A DNA stretch of 64,000 nt from an uncultured Bacteroidota bacterium. GTDB taxonomy: Bacteria; Bacteroidota; Bacteroidia; AKYH767-A; OLB10. The position numbers were made by a program, and so were the translations under genes. How positions within the stretch are numbered: position 1 is the first letter of the stretch; each line of letters starts with the position of its first letter. Positions 38,130 to 47,831 of the stretch are shown here, piece after piece. Where the stretch lies: contig CAADHD010000017.1 in the NCBI GenBank assembly GCA_900696575.1, positions 824-64,823 on the forward strand. Direction: 5' to 3'. The notes below the pieces were generated by a model. The model ran no database searches, was not told the origin of the DNA, and saw only the letters and a program-made list of their open reading frames with translations.

Positions 38130-39156
38130 GTTTTATCAGTTCTGTTTTCAGTAATTCTTCTTCATCAGGCAGAAAATCATGTTCAACAGGAAGAAAGTAC
38201 AGAGGTAAGATTCTCAGTTCTTCAGATTGTTTCAGTTTAACGGCATCTTTTCCTGTCGTGATGATGATTTTTTTATCACCGGCAATATTATTGAATCTGC
38301 GGGCAATCATTCCTGCATCTTCATTTGTGTAATGATGATGATTGGGAAAGCGAATGCTTTCCGTTTTTAACGCTTGCCTTTTGATGTTACCTGTAAATGT
38401 TTCATCATTTGAAATTCCTGAAACAGTAAGACAATGATACCCGCTTAAGGATTCATTAAACGTTTCTCCGGTAAAAACATGCTTCAAAGGTTTGTATGCA
38501 AGGGTTGAAAAAATGACCGGTGCATTACTATGCTTTTTTATACGGCTGATAAGATGCTGCTTTGATTCACGGCTTGTTTCTTGCGGAGTTTTGGTAACTA
38601 CAATTAACTGTGCCCTGTGTGCCGCATTGGCCGGTTCGCGCAGGTATCCTGCCGGAAGCAGATGATCGGATGTAAAAGGATTCTGAAAGGCTGTAAGCAG
38701 TATGTTCAAGGATGGTATTACCCAACGGTGCTGAAAGCCATCATCCATCACCACAACATCAGTTTCGGGAAACTGATGCAGAATGGATTCTATTCCTTTT
38801 ACACGATTGCCCGACAAAACAACAGGCACATTTCCGAAATGCTGAAAGAGGATCATCGGCTCATCTCCGGTATCATTAACGAAAGAATTACCGCTGACAA
38901 TATGTATTTCCTCAGTACTTCTTTTGTATCCGCGCGAAAGTATGGCAGGCTTCAATCCCGAATGAAGAAGCATTTCCACTGCCTTTATGACCATGGGTGT
39001 TTTTCCCGTTCCACCTGCAGCCAGGTTGCCGATGCATATTACAGGAACATCAAATTCCTTAGCTGAAATAATACCTTTGTCGAACAAAAAATTTTTAAAC
39101 CTTACGCCTGCTCCGAATAAAAAAGAAAGCGGCAAATAGAGTTTCGAAGGCTTCAC
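38113..39156 (-). CDS. lpxK: tetraacyldisaccharide 4'-kinase
   Basis: P-loop GNLAAGGTGKTPMV and LpxK length/architecture. Confidence 0.85.
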   Translation of the reverse strand: MKPSKLYLPLSFLFGAGVRFKNFLFDKGIISAKEFDVPVICIGNLAAGGTGKTPMVIKAVEMLLHSGLKPAILSRGYKRSTEEIHIVSGNSFVNDTGDEPMILFQHFGNVPVVLSGNRVKGIESILHQFPETDVVVMDDGFQHRWVIPSLNILLTAFQNPFTSDHLLPAGYLREPANAAHRAQLIVVTKTPQETSRESKQHLISRIKKHSNAPVIFSTLAYKPLKHVFTGETFNESLSGYHCLTVSGISNDETFTGNIKRQALKTESIRFPNHHHYTNEDAGMIARRFNNIAGDKKIIITTGKDAVKLKQSEELRILPLYFLPVEHDFLPDEEELLKTELIKHARKN

Positions 39157-39180
39157 AATTCACAAAAGTAAACTTCTGTT

Positions 39181-40293
39181 ATGTACCTGATAAAAGACAT
39201 CGTTTCAGTTCTTGAAAATTTAGCTCCGCCTGTTTACAGCGAAAGTTATGATAATACCGGCCTGCTTTGCGGAAACAGTGATTGGAAATGCAACGGAGCC
39301 ATAATAGCACTTGATTGCATTGAAACGGTAATTGACGAAGCCATCAGCCTTGGTTGCAATCTCGTTATTGCTCATCATCCCACAGTATTTTCAGGATTGA
39401 AGAAAATTACAGGAAACAATTATGTGGAAAGAACAATAATAAAGGCCATTAAGAATGACATTGCCATTTATGCCATTCATACCAATCTTGATAATGTTTA
39501 CCACGGAGTAAACCTTAAAATCTGTGAAAAACTGGGATTGAAAAATACCCGGATTCTTCAACCCAAACGGGGAGCGCTAAGTAAGCTGGTTACCTTCTGC
39601 CCCAAAGATAAAAGTGCTCAGGTGCTTGATGCGTTATTTGCTGCAGGTGCCGGTGAGATTGGCAATTACAGCGAATGCAGTTTTAACCTTGACGGAACAG
39701 GAACATTTAAAGGCAACGAACAAGCCGACCCTTATGTGGGTGAGAAAGGCAAAAGGCACCATGAACACGAAACACGCATTGAAGTAATTTTTGAATCGGT
39801 TAAGCAATCCTCTGTTATGAGTGCTTTGCACAATAGCCATCCTTACGAAGAGGTTGCCTATTACCTTACCAAACTCGAAAATGAGTTTCAATCGGTTGGG
39901 TCGGGTATGATGGGTGAGTTTGAAAAACCGTTGTCTGAGGACCAGCTTCTTAAGCTTCTTTACACCTCTTTTAGTCTTAAAGTGATAAGACATACAGCAC
40001 TTACCGGTGCAGAAATCAGGCAAATAGCCGTTTGCGGAGGATCTGGAAGTTTTCTTTTGAAAAATGCATTAAATGCTGGTGCTCAAGCTTTTATCACTGC
40101 AGATTTCAAGTATCATCAATTCTTTGATGCTGAAGAAAAAATCCTGATTGCCGACATAGGCCACTACGAAAGCGAACAATTTACAGGGGAGTTGATTGCA
40201 AACGAGTTAAGGAAGAATTTACCTACATTTGCGCTCCATTTAACAAAACAGCACACCAATCCTGTTCATTACTACTATCAGTATGGCCACTAA
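39181..40293 (+). CDS. Nif3-like dinuclear metal center protein (GTP cyclohydrolase 1 type 2 homologue)
   Basis: 370 aa with a NIF3/YqfO signature N-terminus (VLENLAPPVYSESYDNTGLL...IAHHP). Confidence 0.8.
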   Translation: MYLIKDIVSVLENLAPPVYSESYDNTGLLCGNSDWKCNGAIIALDCIETVIDEAISLGCNLVIAHHPTVFSGLKKITGNNYVERTIIKAIKNDIAIYAIHTNLDNVYHGVNLKICEKLGLKNTRILQPKRGALSKLVTFCPKDKSAQVLDALFAAGAGEIGNYSECSFNLDGTGTFKGNEQADPYVGEKGKRHHEHETRIEVIFESVKQSSVMSALHNSHPYEEVAYYLTKLENEFQSVGSGMMGEFEKPLSEDQLLKLLYTSFSLKVIRHTALTGAEIRQIAVCGGSGSFLLKNALNAGAQAFITADFKYHQFFDAEEKILIADIGHYESEQFTGELIANELRKNLPTFALHLTKQHTNPVHYYYQYGH

Positions 40294-41179
40294 AACCGTA
40301 ACACGCAGAAAAAAACTTTCTGAAAAAAAGGAACAACGCGTTCACAAAACTTCTGACTTTACCGAGATTCCAAAACTCGATTTTGAAGTAAAACTCTTCA
40401 TAAAAAACAAAAACGATGCGCCTGTAGAGCAAAAACTTCTTGCACTGCTTCAGTTGCAGTTGATTGATTCGCAGATTGACAAGATAAAAACCATCCGGGG
40501 CGAGCTTCCTATGGAAGTTGCCGACTTGGAAGATGAGGTAGCCGGTCTTCAAACCCGCATTAACAACCTTGCCGAAGAAGCCAAGGAGATACAGGATCAG
40601 ATTGCCATGAAGAAGCAGGCTATTAAAGAGGCTAACCAGATGATTAAGAAATACCAGTCTCAGCAAAACAACGTTAAAAATAACCGTGAGTTCGAATCGC
40701 TGAACAAGGAAATAGAATTTCAGCATCTGGAAATTCAGTTAGCCGAGAAGCGTATTAAAGAGCACATTGCCGACAACAACATTAAAGTAAGCATGATAGA
40801 GCAGGCGCAGCAGCAATTAAATGACCGCATCAACGACCTTAAACAAAAGAAAAGCGAACTTTCCGGAGTGGTGGATGAAACCCAGAAAGAAGAAGAGAAC
40901 CTTACCGAGAGTTCAGAAAAAGCAGCATCCATTATTGAAGAGCGATTGTTAAATGCCTATCATCGCATCCGCAGTAATGCCCGCAATGGTTTGGCGGTTG
41001 TGCCGGTTGAGCGCGATGCCTGCGGTGGATGTTTCAATAAAATTCCGCCTCAGCGACAGATTGACATCAGGCAACGCAAAAAAATCATCGTATGCGAACA
41101 CTGCGGTCGAATTCTGGTTGATAATAAACTGGTTGAAATACTTAAAGGTGCACCTGAGCCGCAAGCGCAGCAAGCATGA
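40283..41179 (+). CDS. C4-type zinc-ribbon coiled-coil protein (COG1579-like)
   Basis: Long coiled coil followed by CGGC...CEHCGRIL. This is the conserved neighbour of Nif3. Confidence 0.7.
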   Translation: MATKTVTRRKKLSEKKEQRVHKTSDFTEIPKLDFEVKLFIKNKNDAPVEQKLLALLQLQLIDSQIDKIKTIRGELPMEVADLEDEVAGLQTRINNLAEEAKEIQDQIAMKKQAIKEANQMIKKYQSQQNNVKNNREFESLNKEIEFQHLEIQLAEKRIKEHIADNNIKVSMIEQAQQQLNDRINDLKQKKSELSGVVDETQKEEENLTESSEKAASIIEERLLNAYHRIRSNARNGLAVVPVERDACGGCFNKIPPQRQIDIRQRKKIIVCEHCGRILVDNKLVEILKGAPEPQAQQA

Positions 41180-41195
41180 TTGATTAAAGGATAAA

Positions 41196-41230
41196 AAGCA
41201 AGTCCCGCCAATAAAGCGGGACTTTTTTTA
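41196..41230 (+). terminator. rho-independent terminator
   Basis: AAGTCCCGC-caataaa-GCGGGACTT followed by TTTTTT. Confidence 0.6.
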
Positions 41231-41324
41231 TGCGCAAATCTCCAACTCTTCTCATGCCATCCTGTTCTTGGTTTGTCATGTCGGGGAACGAGGCATCTCC
41301 CCATATCTCAACGAATTCATCTAA

Positions 41325-41362
41325 GCAAAAAGCCCTCCCGTTATTAATAACGGGAGGGCTTT
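41325..41362. terminator. bidirectional rho-independent terminator
   Basis: AAAAAGCCCTCCCGTTAttaaTAACGGGAGGGCTTTTT palindrome with U-runs on both strands. It lies between convergent genes. Confidence 0.6.
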
Positions 41363-41380
41363 TTGTTTAAAGTTTTCAGC

Positions 41381-43513
41381 TTATTCAGAAATCGTAACCT
41401 TTTCAGTTACCACTCCTTTAGCGGTTTCAACTTTTACTAAATAAACTCCTGTTGCAAAACCGGAAAGATCAACTTCCAGTGTTTGAGTAATACCTTTAAT
41501 TTTTGCTGAATAAACATCTTTACCCATTACATCAGTCATCATAATTTTTGCATCGCTGTAGCTGTCAAACTGCAGGCTGATGTTCAATTTGTCTTTGGCA
41601 GGATTCGGGAAGATGTTCATATACACACCGGCAGTCTGCTCCTGAATAGATGTAGGTGTAACGCCAATGTCGTCAATGTAAAGATTGTTTCCACCGCCAT
41701 GCGTGTTACGGAAAGCAATCAGCAGGTTTTTAACTCCGAGATAGGAAGAAAGACTTACTGTCTCTTCTCTCCATTCAGCACTGGTAGGTACAAAGACCGA
41801 AGCGTTATTGGCAGCAGCTGTGGCTAAAGTGCTTCCCCATTTTTTGTAAATGGAAGTATATGTTTTTCCGCAGTCGGTAGAAGCAAAAACTTCTAGCGTA
41901 TCATTAGTAGTAGCTGTTCTTTGCGCATAAGCAACCCAGAATTTAAGACCGGCATTGGCAGGAGCGCTGCTCATGTCAATAGGTTGAATAATCATTTCAT
42001 CCATCACTCCGATCTGCGTAGCTGTTTGGGTAAAATTGGTGTAGGTCAGAGAATAAGTGCCTGAATGTGCAGCAGTATTAAGGCGCTGCCACGCTGTACC
42101 GCAATCATAATTTCTGTTAGCCCATCCAACAGGAGGGAAGGGTGTTGATTCAAAACCCTGAGTAATAGGGAATGCTCCGTTTATAGCATGACCTATAAAG
42201 TTTCTTGATGTTCTGTCGTTTACTGCATTTCCATCTGTTCCGCCATTGGGCAAAGTAGTCCATGCGTAGAAGATATGATCGGTGGCATTATTGCTCGCGC
42301 CTAAAGTTTGCTGAGGAAGGGTTACGGAAGTTGTTGCCCCTGAAGCCAGATTACCGCTCCAGCTATATGTGCTGGTTGCTCCGTTATCAATTTTGTAATT
42401 GATGGTAGCAGAAGTAAGCGCAGACGTACCGAAGTTTTTCAACTGTACTTCGGGTATAAAACTCCGTGAAGTAAAATCGCATGGCGAAAAAGCCGGGCTT
42501 GTTATTTCCGATATGCCTGCATCCAGTGCAGGCACTGTTACCGGATTTAAGCCGGGTGAAGTTGACAAGGAAGCACGTGTTGAATTAAGTACGGCCCACA
42601 TGCGGTCTGCCTGTCCTTGAGAAAACATATACATGCATTTATCATCGGTATAATCCATATAGTTCATATACATATCACCAACAGGCTGATTGCTACACGT
42701 AAATGCATGGCATGAAGGGCAACCGAAGTTAGAAGTAGAATGAGTGGGGGTATCAGCAACCAAATCGCTTCCGCAGGAAGCATCGCCCCAGATATGACGA
42801 AGGTTTAACCAGTGGCCTACTTCGTGAGTTACCGTACGTCCGTAGTTATAAGGAGCAGCAGCGCTAATGCGTCCAAAAGCCGAGTAAAGAATAACAACAC
42901 CATCCGTAGCCGCTGTACCACCCGGAAATTGAGCATACCCAAGCAAGCCGCCACCAAGATTACAAACCCACATATTAAGGTACTGGGTTGTATTCCATGC
43001 ATTGCTTCCGCCCTGTGCCGTGTATTTTACAGCATTATTCTGGCTGAAAGAAGTTATCGTAGTTGAAACACGTACAATACCATTTGTAGCAACTCCGCTT
43101 GGGTCGCGTTTGGCAAGTTCAAAACGAATGCCTGTATCATTGGCTAAGCGGCCTCTGAAAAACGGTGGTGTTTTAATAATATCGGAATTATAACCGCCAA
43201 AGTCTTCATTAAATACATCAATCTGCGATTTAATAAGTTCATCGGAGATGTTTTGTGCAGCGCCATTGTAAACCACATGCACCACTACCGGAATAACAAT
43301 GTTGTTTCCCTGCTTTCTCAGGTTATTTTTGTTATGCAACAGCCATTGTTCTACTGCCTCATTAGCAGCATCCATTCCCTGAGCCGAAGCAGGGTCGTTG
43401 GCGCGGAGCCATGCATTATATTCATCGGTTCCGCAGCGCTGATAAGTGCCCTGAGCTTGTATTGCCAAAGCAGAAAGGCAGAACAGTGTTAAAACGAGTA
43501 ATTGTTTTTTCAT
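41381..43513 (-). CDS. T9SS-secreted M43 (cytophagalysin/pappalysin-like) zinc metalloprotease
   Basis: Signal peptide MKKQLLVLTLFCLSALAIQAQ, zincin motif HEVGHWLNLRHIWGD, and a C-terminal Por-secretion sorting domain (VYMNIFPNPAKDKLNISL...GVYLVKVETAKGVVTEKVTI). Confidence 0.8.
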   Translation of the reverse strand: MKKQLLVLTLFCLSALAIQAQGTYQRCGTDEYNAWLRANDPASAQGMDAANEAVEQWLLHNKNNLRKQGNNIVIPVVVHVVYNGAAQNISDELIKSQIDVFNEDFGGYNSDIIKTPPFFRGRLANDTGIRFELAKRDPSGVATNGIVRVSTTITSFSQNNAVKYTAQGGSNAWNTTQYLNMWVCNLGGGLLGYAQFPGGTAATDGVVILYSAFGRISAAAPYNYGRTVTHEVGHWLNLRHIWGDASCGSDLVADTPTHSTSNFGCPSCHAFTCSNQPVGDMYMNYMDYTDDKCMYMFSQGQADRMWAVLNSTRASLSTSPGLNPVTVPALDAGISEITSPAFSPCDFTSRSFIPEVQLKNFGTSALTSATINYKIDNGATSTYSWSGNLASGATTSVTLPQQTLGASNNATDHIFYAWTTLPNGGTDGNAVNDRTSRNFIGHAINGAFPITQGFESTPFPPVGWANRNYDCGTAWQRLNTAAHSGTYSLTYTNFTQTATQIGVMDEMIIQPIDMSSAPANAGLKFWVAYAQRTATTNDTLEVFASTDCGKTYTSIYKKWGSTLATAAANNASVFVPTSAEWREETVSLSSYLGVKNLLIAFRNTHGGGNNLYIDDIGVTPTSIQEQTAGVYMNIFPNPAKDKLNISLQFDSYSDAKIMMTDVMGKDVYSAKIKGITQTLEVDLSGFATGVYLVKVETAKGVVTEKVTISE

Positions 43514-43568
43514 AATTTTTTTGATTTTAAGTTTTGAGGTTGACAAAGCTAAAAAAAACCTATAAAAT

Positions 43569-44171
43569 TCAAACTTTCCCGTCTTTAAACTTCCACAGAT
43601 ACATACATGCATAACTGCGGTAGGGTACCCAGTTTTCGGCTATTTTTTGCATTTGCGTAATCCGTTTCTTTTTATCAGGTGAACTGATGCCGTAAAGATT
43701 CTTCATTGCAGCAATAATTCCTCCGTCATCCACGGGAAAAACATCCTCTCTTCCCAGAGAAAACATTAACACCATTTCTACCGTCCAACGGCCTACGCCT
43801 TTTATTTCGGTGAGGTATTCAATCACTTCTTCGTTTTCCATTTTATTGAGTTTGCCGTATGTTAACCCTTTATCAATGGCAAAAGAGGCTACATTTTTAA
43901 GGTAGCAGCTCTTGGCTTCAGATAATCCTGCTTGGCGCATCATTTCAGTTTCAATTCGCAAAAGTTCTTCAGGTAAAGGGATTTTATTTTCATTCAGATT
44001 CAGAAAACGGCTTTTGATAGTCCGTGCTGCCGAAACCGAAAGCTGTTGTGAAATAATACTTGAACACAAATACCAGAATACATTTCTGTTGGTTGTCAAT
44101 TCAACAGGACCATGCTTCCTTATTACCGGCTCGAGTATTTTGTCTTTTTTAAGATGACGGATGTGTTTCAT
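43569..44171 (-). CDS. HhH-GPD DNA glycosylase (AlkA-like 3-methyladenine glycosylase II family)
   Basis: 200 aa with a helix-hairpin-helix/GPD region (GVGRWTVEMVLMFSLGREDVFPVDD). Confidence 0.65.
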   Translation of the reverse strand: MKHIRHLKKDKILEPVIRKHGPVELTTNRNVFWYLCSSIISQQLSVSAARTIKSRFLNLNENKIPLPEELLRIETEMMRQAGLSEAKSCYLKNVASFAIDKGLTYGKLNKMENEEVIEYLTEIKGVGRWTVEMVLMFSLGREDVFPVDDGGIIAAMKNLYGISSPDKKKRITQMQKIAENWVPYRSYACMYLWKFKDGKV

Positions 44172-44177
44172 GGTGGG

Positions 44178-45317
44178 CTATCGCGGGCCGAAAAACGGAA
44201 GTTTAGCAATAAATATAATTCCTGCTGCCACATGCATGGCAAACACCATAAATGCGACTCTCGATTTCAAACCGGTTTTTTGTTTAAGCAGAAAGATGAT
44301 GGAAGAAAGAAACAGTATGAAGTTGCATATAATGGTTTGCCAGCTGAAATTGCCGTGAATGGCTCTTGCTCCGGTTTCGTTAAGCAGGATGTAAAGAATA
44401 AGTCCGGTAAAAAAACTCAGCCATGCATATTGGAGCAATTTATTTTTTAGTGCTTGCCGCGGATAAAGAACTATCACCATTAATGGAAATGCAACAGATA
44501 CAATTAAGCTTAACGGAATGTTATTGCTCCATGTTCGCCAGGCTTCGAATGGTTTTATAATCACCTGCGAATCCGATCCTGAATAAACATAGTGCCGTAT
44601 TATAATCATGGCAACAAGTCCGGCTGCACAGATAATGATAACAGCTATCAGTGGTTTCGAAAACTTATGGTTCAGGAACCAGAACACCGGAAAAGCAATT
44701 ACAAACACAAAGAAAAAACTTGGTTTAATAAGTACAGACAACACGGTAAGCAGCATCAACCCCAGTGCTTCTTTACTGAAAAACGTTTTCTGTTTTGATT
44801 GAATAAAATCAAAAGATTTAAAAAACAACAGCAGTGCGGCCGGCATCAGCATTATGGTGGTGGAGTTATGCCAGGTATTCACCGGTATGTAACCCAACGC
44901 CATCGTTGCACTGAATTTACAGATGAGGTTCTGTGCCAGGCAAAGAAACATGGCAAGCACCGAAGCATTTATCAGAAACCCGTATCCTCCGGATGTTTGT
45001 GTATATTTTATGATCATCCTGTCTGTAATTATAAATTTTAAAATCACCATAGTTGAAAGCAGCACCACGGCAGCAGCCTCCATCCATGTTCTGTTATAAG
45101 TGAAGAAGGAAAGTAGGTTAATAACATGGAAATACAAAGAGTAAAGTTTAGCCTCCGGATCGCCCTCATGCCATCGGGTAATAAAATCAAGATGGTGGGG
45201 AATGTCCACCTGATTTTGCATGATGCTGATGACTGTCCATGAAGCCATCACCACTGCCGGTATGGCCATGAGCAGGTAATAAGTTCGGCTGCGCTTCATG
45301 AGTTTAATCAGGCGCAA
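44178..45317 (-). CDS. polytopic membrane protein (hypothetical)
   Basis: ~11 predicted TM helices. No catalytic motif recognised. Confidence 0.3.
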   Translation of the reverse strand: MRLIKLMKRSRTYYLLMAIPAVVMASWTVISIMQNQVDIPHHLDFITRWHEGDPEAKLYSLYFHVINLLSFFTYNRTWMEAAAVVLLSTMVILKFIITDRMIIKYTQTSGGYGFLINASVLAMFLCLAQNLICKFSATMALGYIPVNTWHNSTTIMLMPAALLLFFKSFDFIQSKQKTFFSKEALGLMLLTVLSVLIKPSFFFVFVIAFPVFWFLNHKFSKPLIAVIIICAAGLVAMIIIRHYVYSGSDSQVIIKPFEAWRTWSNNIPLSLIVSVAFPLMVIVLYPRQALKNKLLQYAWLSFFTGLILYILLNETGARAIHGNFSWQTIICNFILFLSSIIFLLKQKTGLKSRVAFMVFAMHVAAGIIFIAKLPFFGPR

Positions 45318-45386
45318 AGGAAAGATTGTATGTTTAATTTAAGTGTGGTTGTTTTATTTTTGAATCCGAAACCATCAATTAAAGCT

Positions 45387-45806
45387 ATGAATTACAACGA
45401 AAAAAGAATTGGCGTTTGGCTTGATCATCATCATGCCCATTTTATTGAACTTAACGGTGAGGAAGTAATTACTCAAACAATTGAATCAGGCTTTACACGG
45501 CATGAACGCGAAGAAGGCGAAGGCGCTACGGGTTCTCGCTTCGGCCAACATTCAACTAATAACGAGAACAACAAAAACAACCGTATGCAAAATGAATTGA
45601 AGGGTTATTACAAACTAATAACTGACCGTTTGGCCGGCTATGATCATGTGCTTCTTTTCGGCCCGACCACTGCCAAAAACGAACTGCATAACTACATAAA
45701 AGAGCAGAAGACCTTTTTAAACAAGAGGATTGAACTTAAGAACAGCGACAAGCTTACCGAAAATCAACTTAAGGCAGCAGTAAGAGAGCATTTTACAAAA
45801 ACCTGA
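45387..45806 (+). CDS. hypothetical protein
   Basis: ~140-aa ORF (MNYNEKRIGVWLDHHHAHFIEL...) with coding-like composition. No family recognised. Confidence 0.3.
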   Translation: MNYNEKRIGVWLDHHHAHFIELNGEEVITQTIESGFTRHEREEGEGATGSRFGQHSTNNENNKNNRMQNELKGYYKLITDRLAGYDHVLLFGPTTAKNELHNYIKEQKTFLNKRIELKNSDKLTENQLKAAVREHFTKT

Positions 45807-45904
45807 CAAGAGAAATGCAGAAACTTCCGTGCTGCGGGAAGGCATACCATACGGGTTGGTGAGCAGGGGTGTATTAACATGAGTATTGGCAGGAGCATGA
45901 CGGG

Positions 45905-47806
45905 CTAATGTATTTCCTCTTCCGGTTCTTCCACATCAAAATCAGGAAGTGAATCTGCAGGCATAACTAAGGCAGCAGCGCGTCCTGAAATTTTTAAAAC
46001 AGGGCTTACCGATAAAAATTCTTCTTCCGTTATTTTTTCTTTCATCAGCAAACGTTCCGAAACTATTTTGAAAAACGATTGAAAATAATTACGCAGGTTG
46101 CCTTCCTTGTCAAAGGCAAAACGGAAGTATTTCGGATTCGGAATGATGCCGGCCAGAAAAATGCATTCATTCAAGGTAAGCTGATCTGCTTTTTTATTGA
46201 AGTAATACTGAGCTGCTTCGCCAATACCATACACATCCGGACCCCATTCTATTATGTTCAGGTATATCTCCAACATCCGCTCTTTTGAAACCATTCGTTT
46301 GTTTTCAATAAACCACACCCACAGCGCTTCTTCCATTTTGCGTGAAATGTTTTTATCCCTTCCTAAATAAAGATTTTTAACCAACTGCATGGAAATCGTA
46401 CTTCCACCGCGCGCAAACCTTTTCTCTTTAATGTTAGTGATGATGCTCTGACGGAATGCTTCTTCGTTAAATCCGGAATGTGAAAAAAACGAACCGTCTT
46501 CTGCCGTAAGCACACAGTTAACCAGTGCAGCAGGAATTTGTGAGTAAGAAACAAAGTGAGGGTTATCTGTTCCCACTGTAATTCTCCTTACCGGCCTGCC
46601 TTTTTCATATGCTGTATGTTCAAACGAATCGTTCAGACGGTACGGGTTTACTTCCCCGAATTGCTGAAGCCTTATTTTTTTTCCATTGAAAGCACTTTCA
46701 AAAATCAAACTGTCGGGCAAGGAAAGATCAACAGAAAAATTTAAGGTATAACCCAGCTCGCCTTCTGCTTTTATGTTTTTGAATGATTGGAATAAACCAT
46801 CAGGCAATGAATTGAAAAAGGCCTGAGCCGGCATCACAGGTATTCCCGCTTTAAGTTGGATGGAAGTCTTTTCATTTCTTTCAATTATTAGTTCTGTGTT
46901 TATGCTGATGTCATTAATCTGTAATGAGGAGGAGGGGGCGAGGGCTAAAGAGTTGTCATGAACAACAGCATGCTGGCTGGTTTCAAATCGGTTTATCTTA
47001 ATGGTATCCTGCGAAAGGCGCCAGTGAAATAACTGCAAACCTTCAGTCTTTATAAGGCAATGTGTTACCAGTTCTGATTTTGACCAATTGTTCTTTTTAA
47101 GAATCAATGATGCTGACCTGAACGAAAACTGTAAGGCTTGGCTGTCCAGCGTTGCAGCAATCAAACCATAGCCTTTCATCCGTGCATTAAGCTCATACGT
47201 TCTCGGGCCGTTGGTGATGTTTGCATTTACGGCAATCTCAGCCCCGTTTTCTGTCTTCACCAATCCTTTCATTTTGGAATTATCCCATTCAAAATCGTCA
47301 ATGCTCCATTGTCTCAGATTCTTGTTTTTCAAAATAGTAATTTCTGCATGGCGGATGTTTACCTTTTCAGGAAGATTTTTAATGATTTTATTTTCCAAAT
47401 GAAAAAGGCGGGCAGCAAATCCGGTTTCAGTTTCATTTTGATGGGCTACGGTTGATGCTGATGCAGAGTCAATACCGGGTTTTTTAAAAACAGACAGCGA
47501 GTCAATCGAAATCAAATTCACCGGAAATCGTGCTGTTAAATACCTGAAAACAGAATATCCTATTTTACCATGCCGGATAGTAAGGAGAGTATCATTTGCT
47601 GCATTTATAACAATGAGCGAATCGAAAGAAATTTTGTTGATACCGGAACCAGACCAATTGACTGTTCTTAAATCATAACCGTTTTGAGCAGCCGCAGATT
47701 TTACTTTTTTTAATGTTAAGGATGGAACCAAAAAATAAAGGCAGGCTGAGTAAATCAACATGATGACGACTGCCGAAAACAGAATGATAGCCGCTTTACT
47801 TTTCAG
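45905..47806 (-). CDS. peptidoglycan transglycosylase (GT51) domain protein with large N-terminal membrane-anchored domain
   Basis: N-terminal TM, ~400 aa of unknown function, then a GT51 core (EDGSFFSHSGFN ... GGSTISMQLVKNLYL ... RKMEEA). Confidence 0.7.
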   Translation of the reverse strand: MKSKAAIILFSAVVIMLIYSACLYFLVPSLTLKKVKSAAAQNGYDLRTVNWSGSGINKISFDSLIVINAANDTLLTIRHGKIGYSVFRYLTARFPVNLISIDSLSVFKKPGIDSASASTVAHQNETETGFAARLFHLENKIIKNLPEKVNIRHAEITILKNKNLRQWSIDDFEWDNSKMKGLVKTENGAEIAVNANITNGPRTYELNARMKGYGLIAATLDSQALQFSFRSASLILKKNNWSKSELVTHCLIKTEGLQLFHWRLSQDTIKINRFETSQHAVVHDNSLALAPSSSLQINDISINTELIIERNEKTSIQLKAGIPVMPAQAFFNSLPDGLFQSFKNIKAEGELGYTLNFSVDLSLPDSLIFESAFNGKKIRLQQFGEVNPYRLNDSFEHTAYEKGRPVRRITVGTDNPHFVSYSQIPAALVNCVLTAEDGSFFSHSGFNEEAFRQSIITNIKEKRFARGGSTISMQLVKNLYLGRDKNISRKMEEALWVWFIENKRMVSKERMLEIYLNIIEWGPDVYGIGEAAQYYFNKKADQLTLNECIFLAGIIPNPKYFRFAFDKEGNLRNYFQSFFKIVSERLLMKEKITEEEFLSVSPVLKISGRAAALVMPADSLPDFDVEEPEEEIH

Positions 47807-47831
47807 CATGAAGAAAAGCAAGAAAGGAGAA

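Noticed and set aside
40223-40726. 167-aa minus-strand ORF spanning the Nif3/zinc-ribbon junction
   Set aside because: It overlaps two confident plus-strand genes. It is leucine/phenylalanine-rich antisense noise.
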